DNA of 64,000 bases from an uncultured Planctomycetaceae bacterium. Lineage in GTDB: Bacteria; Planctomycetota; Planctomycetia; Pirellulales; PALSA-1355. The DNA lies in the NCBI GenBank assembly GCA_963785305.1, contig CAWAUV010000007.1, forward strand, positions 1,088,001-1,152,000. Reading direction: 5' to 3'. Positions within the stretch are counted from its first letter, which is position 1. Each line of letters begins with the position of its first letter. Below the pieces are notes generated by a model. That model was given only the letters and a program-made list of their open reading frames with translations, did not search any database and was not told the origin of the DNA. The position numbers and the translations under genes were made by a program. This document shows positions 33,238 to 44,190 of this stretch, piece after piece.

Positions 33238-33513
33238 TCAGCCGAAGTGGGCCAGCGTTTTGCCACTGTGTTTGGCCGGGGGCAGGTGGAAACGCGAGGC
33301 GTCTGGCGGGCCGTTTAATTCGCGCTGCCGCAAAACGCTCGGCGAGCCTTCGGGCCCCGCGCTGGTCGAATAGATCGCCAGGACAAAGCAGCTTACCAGC
33401 AGCGACACTTCGATCGCCACCGACAGCGCCGCGCGGCGGCGCTCTTCCCGCGTCGTCGGCTCGGAGCGATCGGTCGTATCGAAGTTTGAAATGGAATTGC
33501 TCTCTCGCGACAT
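33238..33513 (-). CDS. Small hypothetical membrane protein
   Basis: One TM (ALSVAIEVSLLVSCFVLAIYS); AAGGA upstream; no recognisable family. Confidence 0.4.
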   Translation of the reverse strand: MSRESNSISNFDTTDRSEPTTREERRRAALSVAIEVSLLVSCFVLAIYSTSAGPEGSPSVLRQRELNGPPDASRFHLPPAKHSGKTLAHFG

Positions 33514-33758
33514 TGCGACCGTCCTTGCTCGCCAACCGATGGTTAATGCGCCGACCGACGGGTTTGAACAGTTCTGATTTTTGGAACCAGCCGAATGACC
33601 TGCCCGAATTACGCTACCGACAACAACGGCAAATCAACAAAAGGATCACTTATATTAAACATCCTGCTAATCCCGTCAATCGGCGCGGGCGAAACAATCC
33701 GAAAAATTCATGCTTCGCCCAGTGGCGCCAGCCGCCCATTCTCACCAGCCACTCCGTC

Positions 33759-35046
33759 TCACCAGCCACTCTGTCGGGCGAAGCGAACCAGGATCTCGCT
33801 CGCCGCGGCAAGCTCGTCGAGCGAAATCCATTCGTCGGCCGTGTGTGCTTGGGCAATCGAACCGGGGCCAAACACCACGCACGGCGCGCCGGCCGCCGAG
33901 AGCACGGCCGCGTCGGTGCCGTAGGGCACGCCCACGATCTTGGCCTCGGGCCGCGCTCGCCGCGCGGCTTGTAGAACTCGCTCGCCAAGGGGCAAGTTAT
34001 CGCGATCCGCCAGTCCGGCGCCGCACAAAAAAGGCGGATCATGCACAATTCGAGTCCCCGCGCGCTGCCAGCGGAGCGCGAACCATCGCGAGCGGCAAGC
34101 TCCTGGGCAACGAAGTCAATCGTCGCTTCGTAGGCCGCCAGTGGGTCTTCGCCCGGCACGAGCCGCCGGTCGATCTCGATGACGCAGCGGTCGGGCACGG
34201 TGTTGACGCTCACCCCGCCGTGAATGAGGCCCACGCTCAAGGTGGCGTGTCCGCAGCGTGGATGACTGGCGAGCGACGGCACGACCTCGTGTTGATAGCG
34301 CTCGAGGGCGGCGAGCACGGGGGCCATGCGAAAAATCGCGTTGTCGCCCTCGGCCGGCCGCGAGCTGTGGGCGGCGCGCCCCATCGCGTGGCAACGCCAG
34401 CGAACCGCGCCCTGTGCGCCACCACGATATCGAGCCCGGTCGGCTCGGCGACGATGATCGCGTCGGGCCGGCGCGGCAGGAGTCGGCTGGCGCCCAGCCA
34501 GTTTTTAGCCAGCGCGCGGGCGCCGCTGAATCCATATTCCTCGTTGACCGTGGCCGCGAACACGAGCGTCGGCCGGTCGGCGGGGCCGCCGCTCGCCTCG
34601 CTTTCACGCGCGAAGTCGCGCTCGGCCGCCAGCCGGGAGAGGGCATGCATCATCGCCGCCATGCCGCCTTTCACATCGCAGGCGCCGCGGCCGTGGAGCC
34701 GGCCGTTTTCAATCGTGGGCGTCCAGGGCGGAATCGTCATGCCATCGACCGGCACTGTGTCTTGATGCACTTCCCACACAATCAGTTCGCCGCCCTCCAT
34801 TGGGCCGGGCGAGCCTTCGAGCCGGGCCAGAATGTTTTCGCGGCCGATGTCGACCGGTTGCCGTTCGGTGTCGAGACCCAGGCCGCGAAGCGTTTTTTCG
34901 AGATACGCGGTCACGCCCGCTTCGCAGCCCGCGGGTTCGATATCGGGCCGGCCCATGGGATTGACACTTGGAATCGCGACCAGCTCGCCGAGCGTTTTCA
35001 CGAGATCGAGCGGTAGGGCATGATGGAGCTCCGAGGCGCGCGACAC
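33759..35046 (-). CDS. M20-family metallopeptidase/deacylase (ArgE/DapE-like), two frameshifts
   Basis: LVAIPSVNP, EVHQDTVP, GRGACDVKGG, VNEE, VAEPT, AAHSSRP, GGVSVNTVPD, YGTDA, FGPGSIAQAHTADEWI. Confidence 0.9.
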
Positions 35047-35480
35047 GGGCAGGTTCCTTTAAGAGTTCGTCGAGCCAGTCGCGCCGCGAGGCGCGATCGA
35101 CTCAATATAACTTGGCGCGACGGCAAGGCCGAATGGAGGCTGGCGTCGAATGGAGGCTGGGCCGAACGGATGCCGGGCCCTCAACGGGCCGGGGCCGATG
35201 CCCGGTCGAACCGCCGATTCGCGAAGTCTGTCGATTTCGTAAACTCCAGTGGCCGCACTGGCTTGACCGCGCTTGGGGCGAAGCGTTACAACAGGGGCGC
35301 TTCTGCCCGTCGGAGCGGTTTTTTTTGCGGCCCGACTTTGTGACGAGATTCACGAAGTAGTCGCCAAATGCCGATCCTACCCGGTCGCGAGACGCGGACT
35401 ATTCGGGCAGCGAATCCAGCGGGCGACCGCCGCCGGCATTGGCTCCGGCGCCCGAAAGCCACTCAGAACGAAAGCTTGCA

Positions 35481-35900
35481 ATGCAGTCCTTTTTGGCTGT
35501 CGTGCCGATCTTCTTGTTCATCGCATGCACCACCGCGCTTTCGGTGGGCCTTCTCAGCATGGCGGGCATGGTCGGCCCCAGCAAGAACACGCGCGTGAAA
35601 GAAATGCCCTACGAAGCGGGCATGGACCCGATTCACGACGCGCGTCGCCGCTTCGATGTGCGATTTCATCTCGTGGCGATCGCGTTTTTGGTGTTCGACG
35701 TCGAATTGCTGTTTCTCTATCCTTGGGCCGTGTCGAGCGGGAATCCCGAGGGCGGAAATCCACATGGCATTGATCTGGCGGTCGGTCAGCACTGGGTTGG
35801 CAGCCGCAATTTAGTTTTTGGCGAGGCGATGATTTTTATCGTGCTCCTGGGCGCGGGTTTTGTCTACGCCTGGCGAAAAGGGGTGTTTCGATGGCGGTAG
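35481..35900 (+). CDS. nuoA: NADH-quinone oxidoreductase subunit A
   Basis: PYEAGMDP, FLVFDVELLFLYPWA, YAWRKGVFRW. Confidence 0.95.
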   Translation: MQSFLAVVPIFLFIACTTALSVGLLSMAGMVGPSKNTRVKEMPYEAGMDPIHDARRRFDVRFHLVAIAFLVFDVELLFLYPWAVSSGNPEGGNPHGIDLAVGQHWVGSRNLVFGEAMIFIVLLGAGFVYAWRKGVFRWR

Positions 35901-36466
35901 AACTGCCGGAAAACGTGGTGGTGAGCAAGCTCGACGAGCTGGCCAGTTGGTGTCGCAAGAACAGCCTGTGGCCGATGCCTTTCGCCACGGCCTGCTGCGG
36001 CATCGAGCTGATGGCCACCGGCGCGAGCAAGCACGACTTGGCCCGATTCGGCGCCGAGGTGTTTCGCTTCAGCCCTCGCCAGTGCGACCTGATGATCGTG
36101 GCCGGGCGAGTGGTGATGAAGATGTTGCCGGTGCTGCAGCGCATCTGGCAGCAAATGCACGAGCCCAAGTGGTGTATCTCGATGGGCGCGTGTGCTTCGA
36201 CTGGCGGCGTGTTCGACACATACAGCGTGGTGCAGGGCATCGATCGCTTTATTCCCGTCGACATGTATGTGCCCGGCTGCCCGCCGCGGCCGGAGCAGTT
36301 GATCCAGGCGATCATCGACCTGCAAGACAAGATTCAGAGCGAAGGCACGATCATGGGCAAGGAGTTCAAAACGGCCGAGCGTCAGGCGCGGAAGCGGGCG
36401 CTGGTCGAGTTGCCGGTGATTCAAAAGCCTTGGGAGGTCGCGTCGGCCTTGCATCGCGGCCGTTAG
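35891..36466 (+). CDS. nuoB: NADH-quinone oxidoreductase subunit B
   Basis: FATACCGIELM, SPRQCDLMIVAG, MGACAS, VPGCPPRPE. Confidence 0.97.
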   Translation: MAVELPENVVVSKLDELASWCRKNSLWPMPFATACCGIELMATGASKHDLARFGAEVFRFSPRQCDLMIVAGRVVMKMLPVLQRIWQQMHEPKWCISMGACASTGGVFDTYSVVQGIDRFIPVDMYVPGCPPRPEQLIQAIIDLQDKIQSEGTIMGKEFKTAERQARKRALVELPVIQKPWEVASALHRGR

Positions 36467-36508
36467 CATCGGGCTTTGCCCGGCGCGTGGGCCGAGGGGC
36501 CGGCAAGC

Positions 36509-36571
36509 AAATGCCCGAAACGCACGGCGAAATACCCGAAACGCACCGCGAAATGCCCGACAAGCACTGTC
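36509..36571. repeat. 21-bp imperfect tandem repeat x3 between nuoB and nuoC
   Basis: AAATGCCCGAAACGCACGGCG / AAATACCCGAAACGCACCGCG / AAATGCCCGACAAGCACTGTC. Confidence 0.8.
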
Positions 36572-36638
36572 GGTGGCCCGCGAGATCGATCTGCGTGTTT
36601 ACCATCCCGACGAACTCAATCCATTCTGGCGACGGCCG

Positions 36639-37136
36639 ATGATCGAACCGCAAACCTTGTCCGACTTCACGGGCGCCTTTCCGGCGGTGACGCAAAGCGA
36701 ATTTCGCGGCGAAACGCGGGCGGTCGTGCCGGCGGCGTCGCTGTTCGAGGCGTTTACGTTTCTCCACGATCGTTTGAATTTCGATCTGCTGGTGGATGTG
36801 ACCTGCGTCGATTATTTGCACTATCGCGACGCGGAGCATCGTTTCGGGCTCGTATATCTCTTGGCCTCGACCACGACCAACGAACGGCTCACCCTGCGGG
36901 TCTTTCTCGACGAGCCGGAGCTCACCGTGGCCAGCGCGGTTCCGGTGTGGCTGGGCGCCGACTGGATGGAGCGCGAGGTGTACGACATGTTCGGGATCTT
37001 GTTCGAGGGCCATCCCGATCTGCGGCGGATTCTGATGCCGGACGAGTTCACGGCGTTTCCGCTCCGCAAGGACTATCCGCTGCAAGGGCGCGGCGAGCGA
37101 CACAATTTTCCGGTGCTCACGAGGCGAGAAAGCTGA
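36639..37136 (+). CDS. nuoC: NADH-quinone oxidoreductase subunit C
   Basis: ADWMEREVYDMFGILFEGHPDLRRILMP..PLRKDYPL. Confidence 0.96.
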   Translation: MIEPQTLSDFTGAFPAVTQSEFRGETRAVVPAASLFEAFTFLHDRLNFDLLVDVTCVDYLHYRDAEHRFGLVYLLASTTTNERLTLRVFLDEPELTVASAVPVWLGADWMEREVYDMFGILFEGHPDLRRILMPDEFTAFPLRKDYPLQGRGERHNFPVLTRRES

Positions 37137-38386
37137 TGGCGACCACTGCAAAAACACCCGCCCCGCGGGCTCCGCACACCCTGCTCGACGCCGTCGCGGC
37201 CGGCGAGCAGCGCGACTATCTCTGGACGCTCAACTTCGGCCCCCAGCATCCGGCCACGCACACCACGCTGCGCATCGTGCTTAAGCTCGATGGCGAACGC
37301 GTCGTCGAGGCGATTCCCGATATCGGCTACCTGCATTCGGGCTTCGAAAAAATCGGCGAAAGCCTGACCTACAACCAGTACGTCACCGTGACGGACCGGA
37401 TGAACTACATGTCGCCGCTGGCCAACAACGTGGCTTGGCATTGCGCCGTCGAAAAGCTGCTCGGCATCGAGCTCACGCCGCGCTGCAAATACATTCGCAC
37501 GATTATTTGCGAATTGGCCCGCATCTCGGATCATTTGCTCTGCAATGGCGCGATCGGGCTCGACACCGGCGCCTTCACGTTTTTTCTCTACGGTTTCTAT
37601 CAGCGCGAAGTGCTCTACGACATTTTCGAGACACTGTGCGGCGCGCGATTCACGAACAGCTATACCCGCGTCGGCGGCTTGATGTATGACATGACGCCGC
37701 TGGTGATCGAAAAGATTCGCACATTCCTCCGCACCTTTCCGAAGACGCTCGACGACATGGAGCGGCTGCTGAATCGCAACCGCATCTTCATCGACCGCAC
37801 CAAGGGTGTCGGCGTGTTGCCGAAGGAAGAAGCCACGAATCGCAGCGCCACCGGGCCGATTGCCCGGGCCAGCGGCGTGAGTCGCGATCTGCGGAAAGAC
37901 GACCCGTATCTGTCGTATGGCGATTTCGATTTCCGCATTTGCTGCGCTTCGGCCGGCGACGCCTTTGCCCGCTATCTGGTGCGCATGGCCGAGATTCGCG
38001 AGAGCCTGAAGATCGTGAGCCAGGCGCTCGAGAACTTGCCGAGCGGGCCGGTGAATGTGGCCGTGGGCGATCGCACGGCGCTGCCGACCAAGGAGCAGGT
38101 CTATCAAACCATCGAGGGCACGATCACGCATTTCGAGCTCACGATGACCAATCGCGGCTTCGAGTCGCCCTTCGAGGAAAGCTACGCGGCGATCGAAGCG
38201 CCCAACGGAGAGCTCGGTTTTTATATCGCGGGCGACGGAACCGACGTGGCCTATCGGGCCCGGTGCCGTCCGCCTTCGTATATTCATTTCGCGCTGTTTC
38301 CCTCGATGATCCGCGGCCACACGCTGAGCGACATCGTGGCGGTGCTGGGCAGTTTGAATATCATCGCCGCCGAGCTGGATCGATAG
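37136..38386 (+). CDS. nuoD: NADH-quinone oxidoreductase subunit D
   Basis: LNFGPQHPATH, GYLHSGFEK, EAPNGELG, terminal AELDR. Confidence 0.97.
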   Translation: MATTAKTPAPRAPHTLLDAVAAGEQRDYLWTLNFGPQHPATHTTLRIVLKLDGERVVEAIPDIGYLHSGFEKIGESLTYNQYVTVTDRMNYMSPLANNVAWHCAVEKLLGIELTPRCKYIRTIICELARISDHLLCNGAIGLDTGAFTFFLYGFYQREVLYDIFETLCGARFTNSYTRVGGLMYDMTPLVIEKIRTFLRTFPKTLDDMERLLNRNRIFIDRTKGVGVLPKEEATNRSATGPIARASGVSRDLRKDDPYLSYGDFDFRICCASAGDAFARYLVRMAEIRESLKIVSQALENLPSGPVNVAVGDRTALPTKEQVYQTIEGTITHFELTMTNRGFESPFEESYAAIEAPNGELGFYIAGDGTDVAYRARCRPPSYIHFALFPSMIRGHTLSDIVAVLGSLNIIAAELDR

Positions 38387-38511
38387 CGCTCGAATGGCCG
38401 GCGAGCGGGTCGCCCGGCCATTCGGGGCGATCGTGAACCGGCTCGCCGAAATAATTCGTCAAACCAATTCATCAAGCAGACTACCACCGCAATCACCGGC
38501 GACGAGACATT

Positions 38512-39003
38512 ATGGCGACGGCGCAGCGTTATCTGACCGACGAAATGATCGCGGCGATCAAGGCGTTTTTTCCCCGCTATCCGAACAAGCAGGCGGTGAC
38601 GTTGCCGGCGCTGCATATCGTGCTGGAAAAGCATCGTTATGTGCCGCTCGAGGCGGTGGTCGAAGTGGCGAAGCTGCTCGAGCTCGCGCCGGCCCAGGTG
38701 CAGGACACGCTCTCGTTCTACGGCTACTTTCCCCAGGACAAGCCGCATGGCGAAACCCGGGCCTGGGTCTGCCGGTCGATCAGTTGTGCCCTGCGCCGCG
38801 CCGATGAACTGCTCGACCACATGTGCCACGCGGCCGGAGTCAAGCCCGGCGGCACGACGCCCGACGGCAAGCTCACGATTGAATTCGCGGAGTGCCTGGG
38901 CGCTTGTGAATATGCGCCGTGCATGCTGGCCGGCGATGATTTGCATAAGAATCTGACCAAGGAGAGCGGCGAGAAGTTCGTGAAGAGTATTTCCAAGCAT
39001 TGA
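38512..39003 (+). CDS. nuoE: NADH-quinone oxidoreductase subunit E
   Basis: VCRSISC ... ECLGACEYAP 2Fe-2S ligands. Confidence 0.95.
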   Translation: MATAQRYLTDEMIAAIKAFFPRYPNKQAVTLPALHIVLEKHRYVPLEAVVEVAKLLELAPAQVQDTLSFYGYFPQDKPHGETRAWVCRSISCALRRADELLDHMCHAAGVKPGGTTPDGKLTIEFAECLGACEYAPCMLAGDDLHKNLTKESGEKFVKSISKH

Positions 39004-39117
39004 GCGGATCGCGGGGGGGGGTCGCGCGTCTCCGGCAAGGAGCGGCGATGGTTCACAGTTCTTTGGAAGTCCGCTGGGCGGCGAAAGTCGCGAGGCGGAA
39101 AAATCGCGGAGCCAAAC

Positions 39118-40479
39118 GTGCCTGAAAAGTTCGAACCCGTTTTGCTGGCCCTGATCGGCAAGCCCAATAGCCACACGCTCTCGGTCTATGAAGCCCATGG
39201 CGGCTACAAGGCCCTGCGCAAGGCCGTCAACGAAATGACGCCCCTGGCGGTGCTCGAATCGGTCAAGAACAGCAACCTGCGCGGCCGCGGCGGCGCCGGC
39301 TTTCTCACCGGGCTCAAGTGGACCTTTCTGCCGAAGGACCATCCCGGCCCGATTTACATGTGCATCAACGCCGACGAGAGCGAGCCGGGCACGTTCAACA
39401 ATCGCATCCTGATGGAAGAAGACCCGCATCAGGTGATCGAAGGCATCATCCTGAGTTGCTACGCGACCAAGGCCACGACCGCCTATCTCTATATTCGCGT
39501 CGAGTATCCGCTCTCGACCAAGCGGCTTCAGGCCGCGATCGACGAATGCTACGCCAAGGGCTACCTGGGCAAGAAGATTCTCGGCAAGGATTTCAACTGC
39601 GATATCCACATTCACCGCGGCGCCGCGGCGTATATCTGCGGCGAGGAGACCGGGCTCATCGAAAGCCTCGAAGGCAAGCGGGCCTGGCCGCGGATCAAGC
39701 CGCCATTTCCGGCGATCGAGGGCGTGTTTCGCAAGCCCACGGTGGTGAACAATATCGAGACCGTGGCCTGCGTGGTGCAGATCATCAATCGCGGCCACGA
39801 GTGGTTCAAGTCGATCGGCGTGCCGAGCGATCCGAAAAATCCGCGCGATCCGGGCAGCTATGGCCCCAAGCTCTACTGCCTGAGCGGCCATGTGAACAAG
39901 CCGGGCTGCTATGAAGCCCCGCTCGGCATCACCACTCGCGAGTTGATCGAGGAATACGGCGGCGGCGTGTGGAAAGGCCGCAAGGGCAAGGCCGCCATTC
40001 CGGGCGGCATCAGCATGGGTATTCTCTCGGAGCCCGAGTTCGACCTGCCGCTCGACTTCAACGGTCCGGGCAAGGCGGGCTGCCTGGGCCTGGGCACCGC
40101 GGCCGTGGTCGTGATGGACGAAACCACGTCGATGGTCGATTTTCTGCACAATAGTTGCCGCTTCTTTTCCCATGAAAGCTGCGGCCAATGCACTCCCTGC
40201 CGCGAGGGAACGAGTTGGTCGCTGCGGATGCTCGAACGCATCAAGGCCGGCAAGGGTCGGCTCCGCGATCTCGACCTGCTGCTCGAAATCGGCGACACGA
40301 TCGGGATCATTCCCGGCACGACGATCTGTGGCCTTTCCGATGGGGCCGCGTGGCCGATCAAGAATGCGATTCGCAAATTCCGCGGCGAGTTCGAGGACTA
40401 CATTCGCAAGACGAATCCCAGCGGCTACATGGTCACCACTCCGGTGAATGCCCTGCCGGTGCTGGCCGGCGCCCATTGA
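39118..40479 (+). CDS. nuoF: NADH-quinone oxidoreductase subunit F
   Basis: LRGRGGAGF, NADESEPGTF, YICGEET, HESCGQCTPCREG. Confidence 0.97.
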   Translation: MPEKFEPVLLALIGKPNSHTLSVYEAHGGYKALRKAVNEMTPLAVLESVKNSNLRGRGGAGFLTGLKWTFLPKDHPGPIYMCINADESEPGTFNNRILMEEDPHQVIEGIILSCYATKATTAYLYIRVEYPLSTKRLQAAIDECYAKGYLGKKILGKDFNCDIHIHRGAAAYICGEETGLIESLEGKRAWPRIKPPFPAIEGVFRKPTVVNNIETVACVVQIINRGHEWFKSIGVPSDPKNPRDPGSYGPKLYCLSGHVNKPGCYEAPLGITTRELIEEYGGGVWKGRKGKAAIPGGISMGILSEPEFDLPLDFNGPGKAGCLGLGTAAVVVMDETTSMVDFLHNSCRFFSHESCGQCTPCREGTSWSLRMLERIKAGKGRLRDLDLLLEIGDTIGIIPGTTICGLSDGAAWPIKNAIRKFRGEFEDYIRKTNPSGYMVTTPVNALPVLAGAH

Positions 40480-40565
40480 CGCCTCGCGATGCGATAAAGA
40501 TGCGATAAAACAGACGGCGTCGCCCCCAAAAAACCGCCTAGAAACAACCCTTAGAAATCATTGCC

Positions 40566-42205
40566 ATGTCCAAGGTATTCGTCGACGGCATCGAAGTCGA
40601 TCTGGCGCCCGGTGAGAAAATCAACGGTATCGAGGCCGCCGCCCGCGCCGGCATCGAGATTCCCAGTTACTGTTGGCATCCGGGCCTGACGGTCGTGGCC
40701 AGTTGCCGCATGTGTCTGGTCGAAACCGGCACGCGCAACGCCGAGACCGGCGCGATCACCATGATTCCCAAGCTGTCGCCCGCCTGCCAGACGCCGGCGA
40801 CCGACAACATGGTGTTCGTCACCAACAGCGAAAAAGTGACCAACGCTCGGGCGATGGTCGAGGAAGACCTCTTGATCGATCATCCGATCGATTGCCCGAT
40901 CTGCGACAAGGCGGGCGAATGCCTGCTCCAAGACTATCACTTCAAGCATGGGCGGGACGAGCGGCGGGCCGATCTCTTGCCGTTCACGAGCCGCCGCCGC
41001 GAGATGGGCGACACGGTGACGTTGTTCGTCGACCGCTGCGTGATGTGTACCCGGTGCGTGCGTTTCACTCGCGAGATCGCCGGCGACGCGGAGCTCTTCG
41101 TCACGAATCGCGGTCATCACGAGGAGATCGACGTGTTTCCCGGCCATCCGTTGGCCAACAAAATGTCGGGCAACGTGGTCGATTTGTGCCCGGTGGTGCG
41201 CTGGGCGACAAGGATTTCTTGTACCAACAACGTGTGTGGTTCATGAAATCGCACGATGGCGTGTGTTCGGGCTGCTCGACCGGCTGTTCGATCGAGATCG
41301 AAGAGAATCAAGATCATGTGTACCGGCTCAAGCCGCGTGAAAATCCGGATGTGAACCAGTGGTGGATGTGCGACGAGGGTCGCTATGGCTACCACCATGT
41401 GCATAGTCCCGAGCGACTCACCGGCCCTCGGCGGCTGGAAACGAGCGAGCACGCGAATGTCGAATGGTCGGAAGCGCTGCCGGCGATCGACGCCGAGCTC
41501 CGCAAGCGGGGTTCGTTGGCGGCGGTTCTTTCGCCGCATTTGACCGTGGAAGAAGCCTATTTGCTGGCGAAATATGTGCGATCGATCGACCCCAAGGCGA
41601 TGATCGCGCTCGGTCCCACGCCGATCGAAGGGACCGACGAACGCTTCAAGACCGGGTTCACGATTCGAGCCGAAAAGGCGCCGAATCGCCGCGGCGTGGA
41701 AGAAGTGGTCGCCCATTTCATGGGTCGCGTCGCCAAGCACGACGATGTGCTCGCGGCGATCGGCAAAGGCACGGTCAAGGCGGCGTGGTTCACCGGCGGC
41801 TACAAGAAGCCGATTTGGGACGCGGCGGTCGTCGACAAGCTGGGGCCCTTGGTCTTTCTGATCGTCGAGGATATGTTCATGTCGCCGCTGATGGCGAAGG
41901 CGCATTACCAATTGCCCGGCGCCGCCTTCGCCGAGCGCGAGGGCTCGTATGTGAATCACGCCGACCGGATTCAGAGCTTCTCGTGGGCGGTGCGTCCGCC
42001 GGCGGGGGTGCGCAGCGAGGGTAGCGTCTATTGGACACTGCTTAAGATGACCGGCCTCTACCGGGCGCGGCGAGTGCTGGACGAAGTAGCCCGCGAGATT
42101 TTGTACTTCCATGTGGCGGCCGGTGGCGTGCCGCCCGTGGGCGTGGATTTGAAGTCGAATTTGCTGGCCGGGGCCAAGAACGGCGCCGCCGCCAGCGTGA
42201 GTTGA
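40566..42205 (+). CDS. nuoG: NADH-quinone oxidoreductase subunit G (short form), frameshift near 41195
   Basis: CWHP..CRMCLVE, HPIDCPICDKAGEC, CVMCTRCVRF, DLCPV|GAL, CSGCSTGC. Confidence 0.93.
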
Positions 42206-42284
42206 AGCCGTCGGTTACATCGAGAAATGAATCCAGACCGGTTCTTCGGAGCCGATCCTACAGCGTGAATAGCGAAGGCCGCTT

Positions 42285-43538
42285 ATGCCCGAAATCCTCG
42301 TGCCTTATCTCGACTCGGTGATCGCGCCGCTCATCAAAGTGGCGTTCGTGATCTTCGTGGCGATGCACGCCGCGGCCTACTTGGTGCTGCTCGAGCGGTG
42401 GATCGCCGCATGGGTGCAAGACCGCATCGGGCCCAATCGCGTGGGTCTGATTCCACTGACCGGCATCAAGTGTTTCGGCCTGGGGCAGCCGTTGGTCGAT
42501 GGCGTGAAGTTCATCACCAAGGAGGAGTACACGCCGAAGCATGTCGACAAGGCGCTGTTTATCCTGGCGCCGATCAGTATTTTGATCGCGGCGTTGTCCA
42601 CATTTGCCGTGATTCCGTTTGGCAGCGTGCTTCCGCCGCTGCATATCGAAGGGCTCACCGATCCGGTTCCGCTCTTGGTGGCGCCGCGGGTCGACGTGGG
42701 CGTGATCTATATCTTCGCGCTCAGCAGCATCGCGGTCTATGGCGTGATTCTGGGCGGCTGGGCTAGCAATAATAAATACAGTTTCCTGGGCGGGCTGCGT
42801 TCGAGCGCCCAGCTCATCGCCTACGAAATTCCGCTGGGCCTGGGCCTATTGGGCGTGGTGCTCGTGAGCGGCACATTGCGGCTCGATAAGATCATCGATG
42901 TGCAAGCCCACAGCGGAGTGTGGAACGCGATCACGCAGCCCCTGGGCTTGGTGGTGTTCACCGTGGCCGCGTTCGCCGAGTCGGCCCGGTTGCCGTTTGA
43001 CTTGCCCGAGGCCGAGCAGGAACTAATCGGCGGTTATCACACGGAATACGCGGGCATCAAGCTGCTTTTGTTTCTCGTGGCCGAATTCCTGCACATGGTC
43101 ACGGCGGCCTTTTTGATCGTGATTTTATTCTTCGGCGGCTGGCATTTTTGGGGCATGGCCGAAGGCAATGAGATCAGTTGGTTCACGTCGATCATGCGGA
43201 TCGCGATTCTCAATGGCAAGGTTTTGCTGGTGATCGTGTTCTTCATGATGGTGCGTTGGAGTTGGCCGCGGTTCCGCTTCGATCAGCTCATGGCGCTCGC
43301 CTGGAAGGTGATGCTGCCACTGGGGCTGGTGAATTTGGTGGCGATGGCTTGCTTCACGGAATACGGCGTCCATTGGGCCTCGCTTCTGCATTTGCGTCCC
43401 TGGGTCGTGGCGATGCTCGTGGGCTGGGGGGTGTTGTTTCTCGGTTGGCTGGCCGCCGCCGTGGCCGCGCCGCTGCACGACGACAATCGCCCGAAGGCCA
43501 ACCTGCGCGAATTCGATTTGGAAGGCGAAGGGTTTTGA
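42285..43538 (+). CDS. nuoH: NADH-quinone oxidoreductase subunit H
   Basis: QDRIGPNRVG, ASNNKYS, RLPFDLPEAEQEL, PRFRFDQLM. Confidence 0.97.
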   Translation: MPEILVPYLDSVIAPLIKVAFVIFVAMHAAAYLVLLERWIAAWVQDRIGPNRVGLIPLTGIKCFGLGQPLVDGVKFITKEEYTPKHVDKALFILAPISILIAALSTFAVIPFGSVLPPLHIEGLTDPVPLLVAPRVDVGVIYIFALSSIAVYGVILGGWASNNKYSFLGGLRSSAQLIAYEIPLGLGLLGVVLVSGTLRLDKIIDVQAHSGVWNAITQPLGLVVFTVAAFAESARLPFDLPEAEQELIGGYHTEYAGIKLLLFLVAEFLHMVTAAFLIVILFFGGWHFWGMAEGNEISWFTSIMRIAILNGKVLLVIVFFMMVRWSWPRFRFDQLMALAWKVMLPLGLVNLVAMACFTEYGVHWASLLHLRPWVVAMLVGWGVLFLGWLAAAVAAPLHDDNRPKANLREFDLEGEGF

Positions 43539-43647
43539 TATTCCTCGATGCGTTTCGCGCGGATTCCATCGGCAAGGCAAACGGTTTTAATATGTTGCAT
43601 GCGCCTCGCGGTTCCTCAAGGCCGGCGTCCGGCAGGCAGGTCGATTC

Positions 43648-44190
43648 ATGAAACCCAACGATCCGGCGGTGCTGTGGCTCGAAGAGCCCAAGCTCGGGCT
43701 GGCGGGCAAGATGTATTTGCCGCTGTTCGTGCAGGGGCTCGTCGTGACGACGCGCCACTTGTTCAGCAAGAAAGTCACGGTCAGTTTTCCAGAGACCCGG
43801 CCCACGATCGGCAATCCGCTGATCTATCGGGGCGTGCATCGGCTCAATAAGGATTCGGAAGGCCGCGTCAAGTGCGTGGCCTGCTTCCTCTGCGCCACGG
43901 CCTGCCCGGCGCACTGCATCGACATTATCGGCGTCGAGAGTCCCTGGCCCGACCGGGAAAAGTACCCCGAGAGCTTCACGATCGACGAGCTGCGATGTAT
44001 CTTCTGCGGCATGTGCGAGGAGGCTTGCCCGGTCGACGCGATCGAGCTCACGAGCTTGTGCGATCTTACCGGCCGCAGCCGCGAGGAGATGATCTTCGAC
44101 AAAGAGAAGCTGCTGAGTGTGTTCGAGGAAACCAAGGCCAGCGAGCCGATGAAGTCCGCCACGATCGGGGGCGCGCTCTATGGACATTAG
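43648..44190 (+). CDS. nuoI: NADH-quinone oxidoreductase subunit I
   Basis: Two 4Fe-4S motifs, CVACFLCATACP and CIFCGMCEEACP. Confidence 0.96.
   Translation: MKPNDPAVLWLEEPKLGLAGKMYLPLFVQGLVVTTRHLFSKKVTVSFPETRPTIGNPLIYRGVHRLNKDSEGRVKCVACFLCATACPAHCIDIIGVESPWPDREKYPESFTIDELRCIFCGMCEEACPVDAIELTSLCDLTGRSREEMIFDKEKLLSVFEETKASEPMKSATIGGALYGH

Noticed and set aside
35297..35327. Hairpin + T8 attenuator in the nuo leader
   Set aside because: The stem is short and bulged, and no riboswitch aptamer or leader peptide is recognisable
39013..39021. G9 tract between nuoE and nuoF as a phase-variation site
   Set aside because: Intergenic within a housekeeping operon, not in a promoter or CDS, and homopolymers are unreliable here
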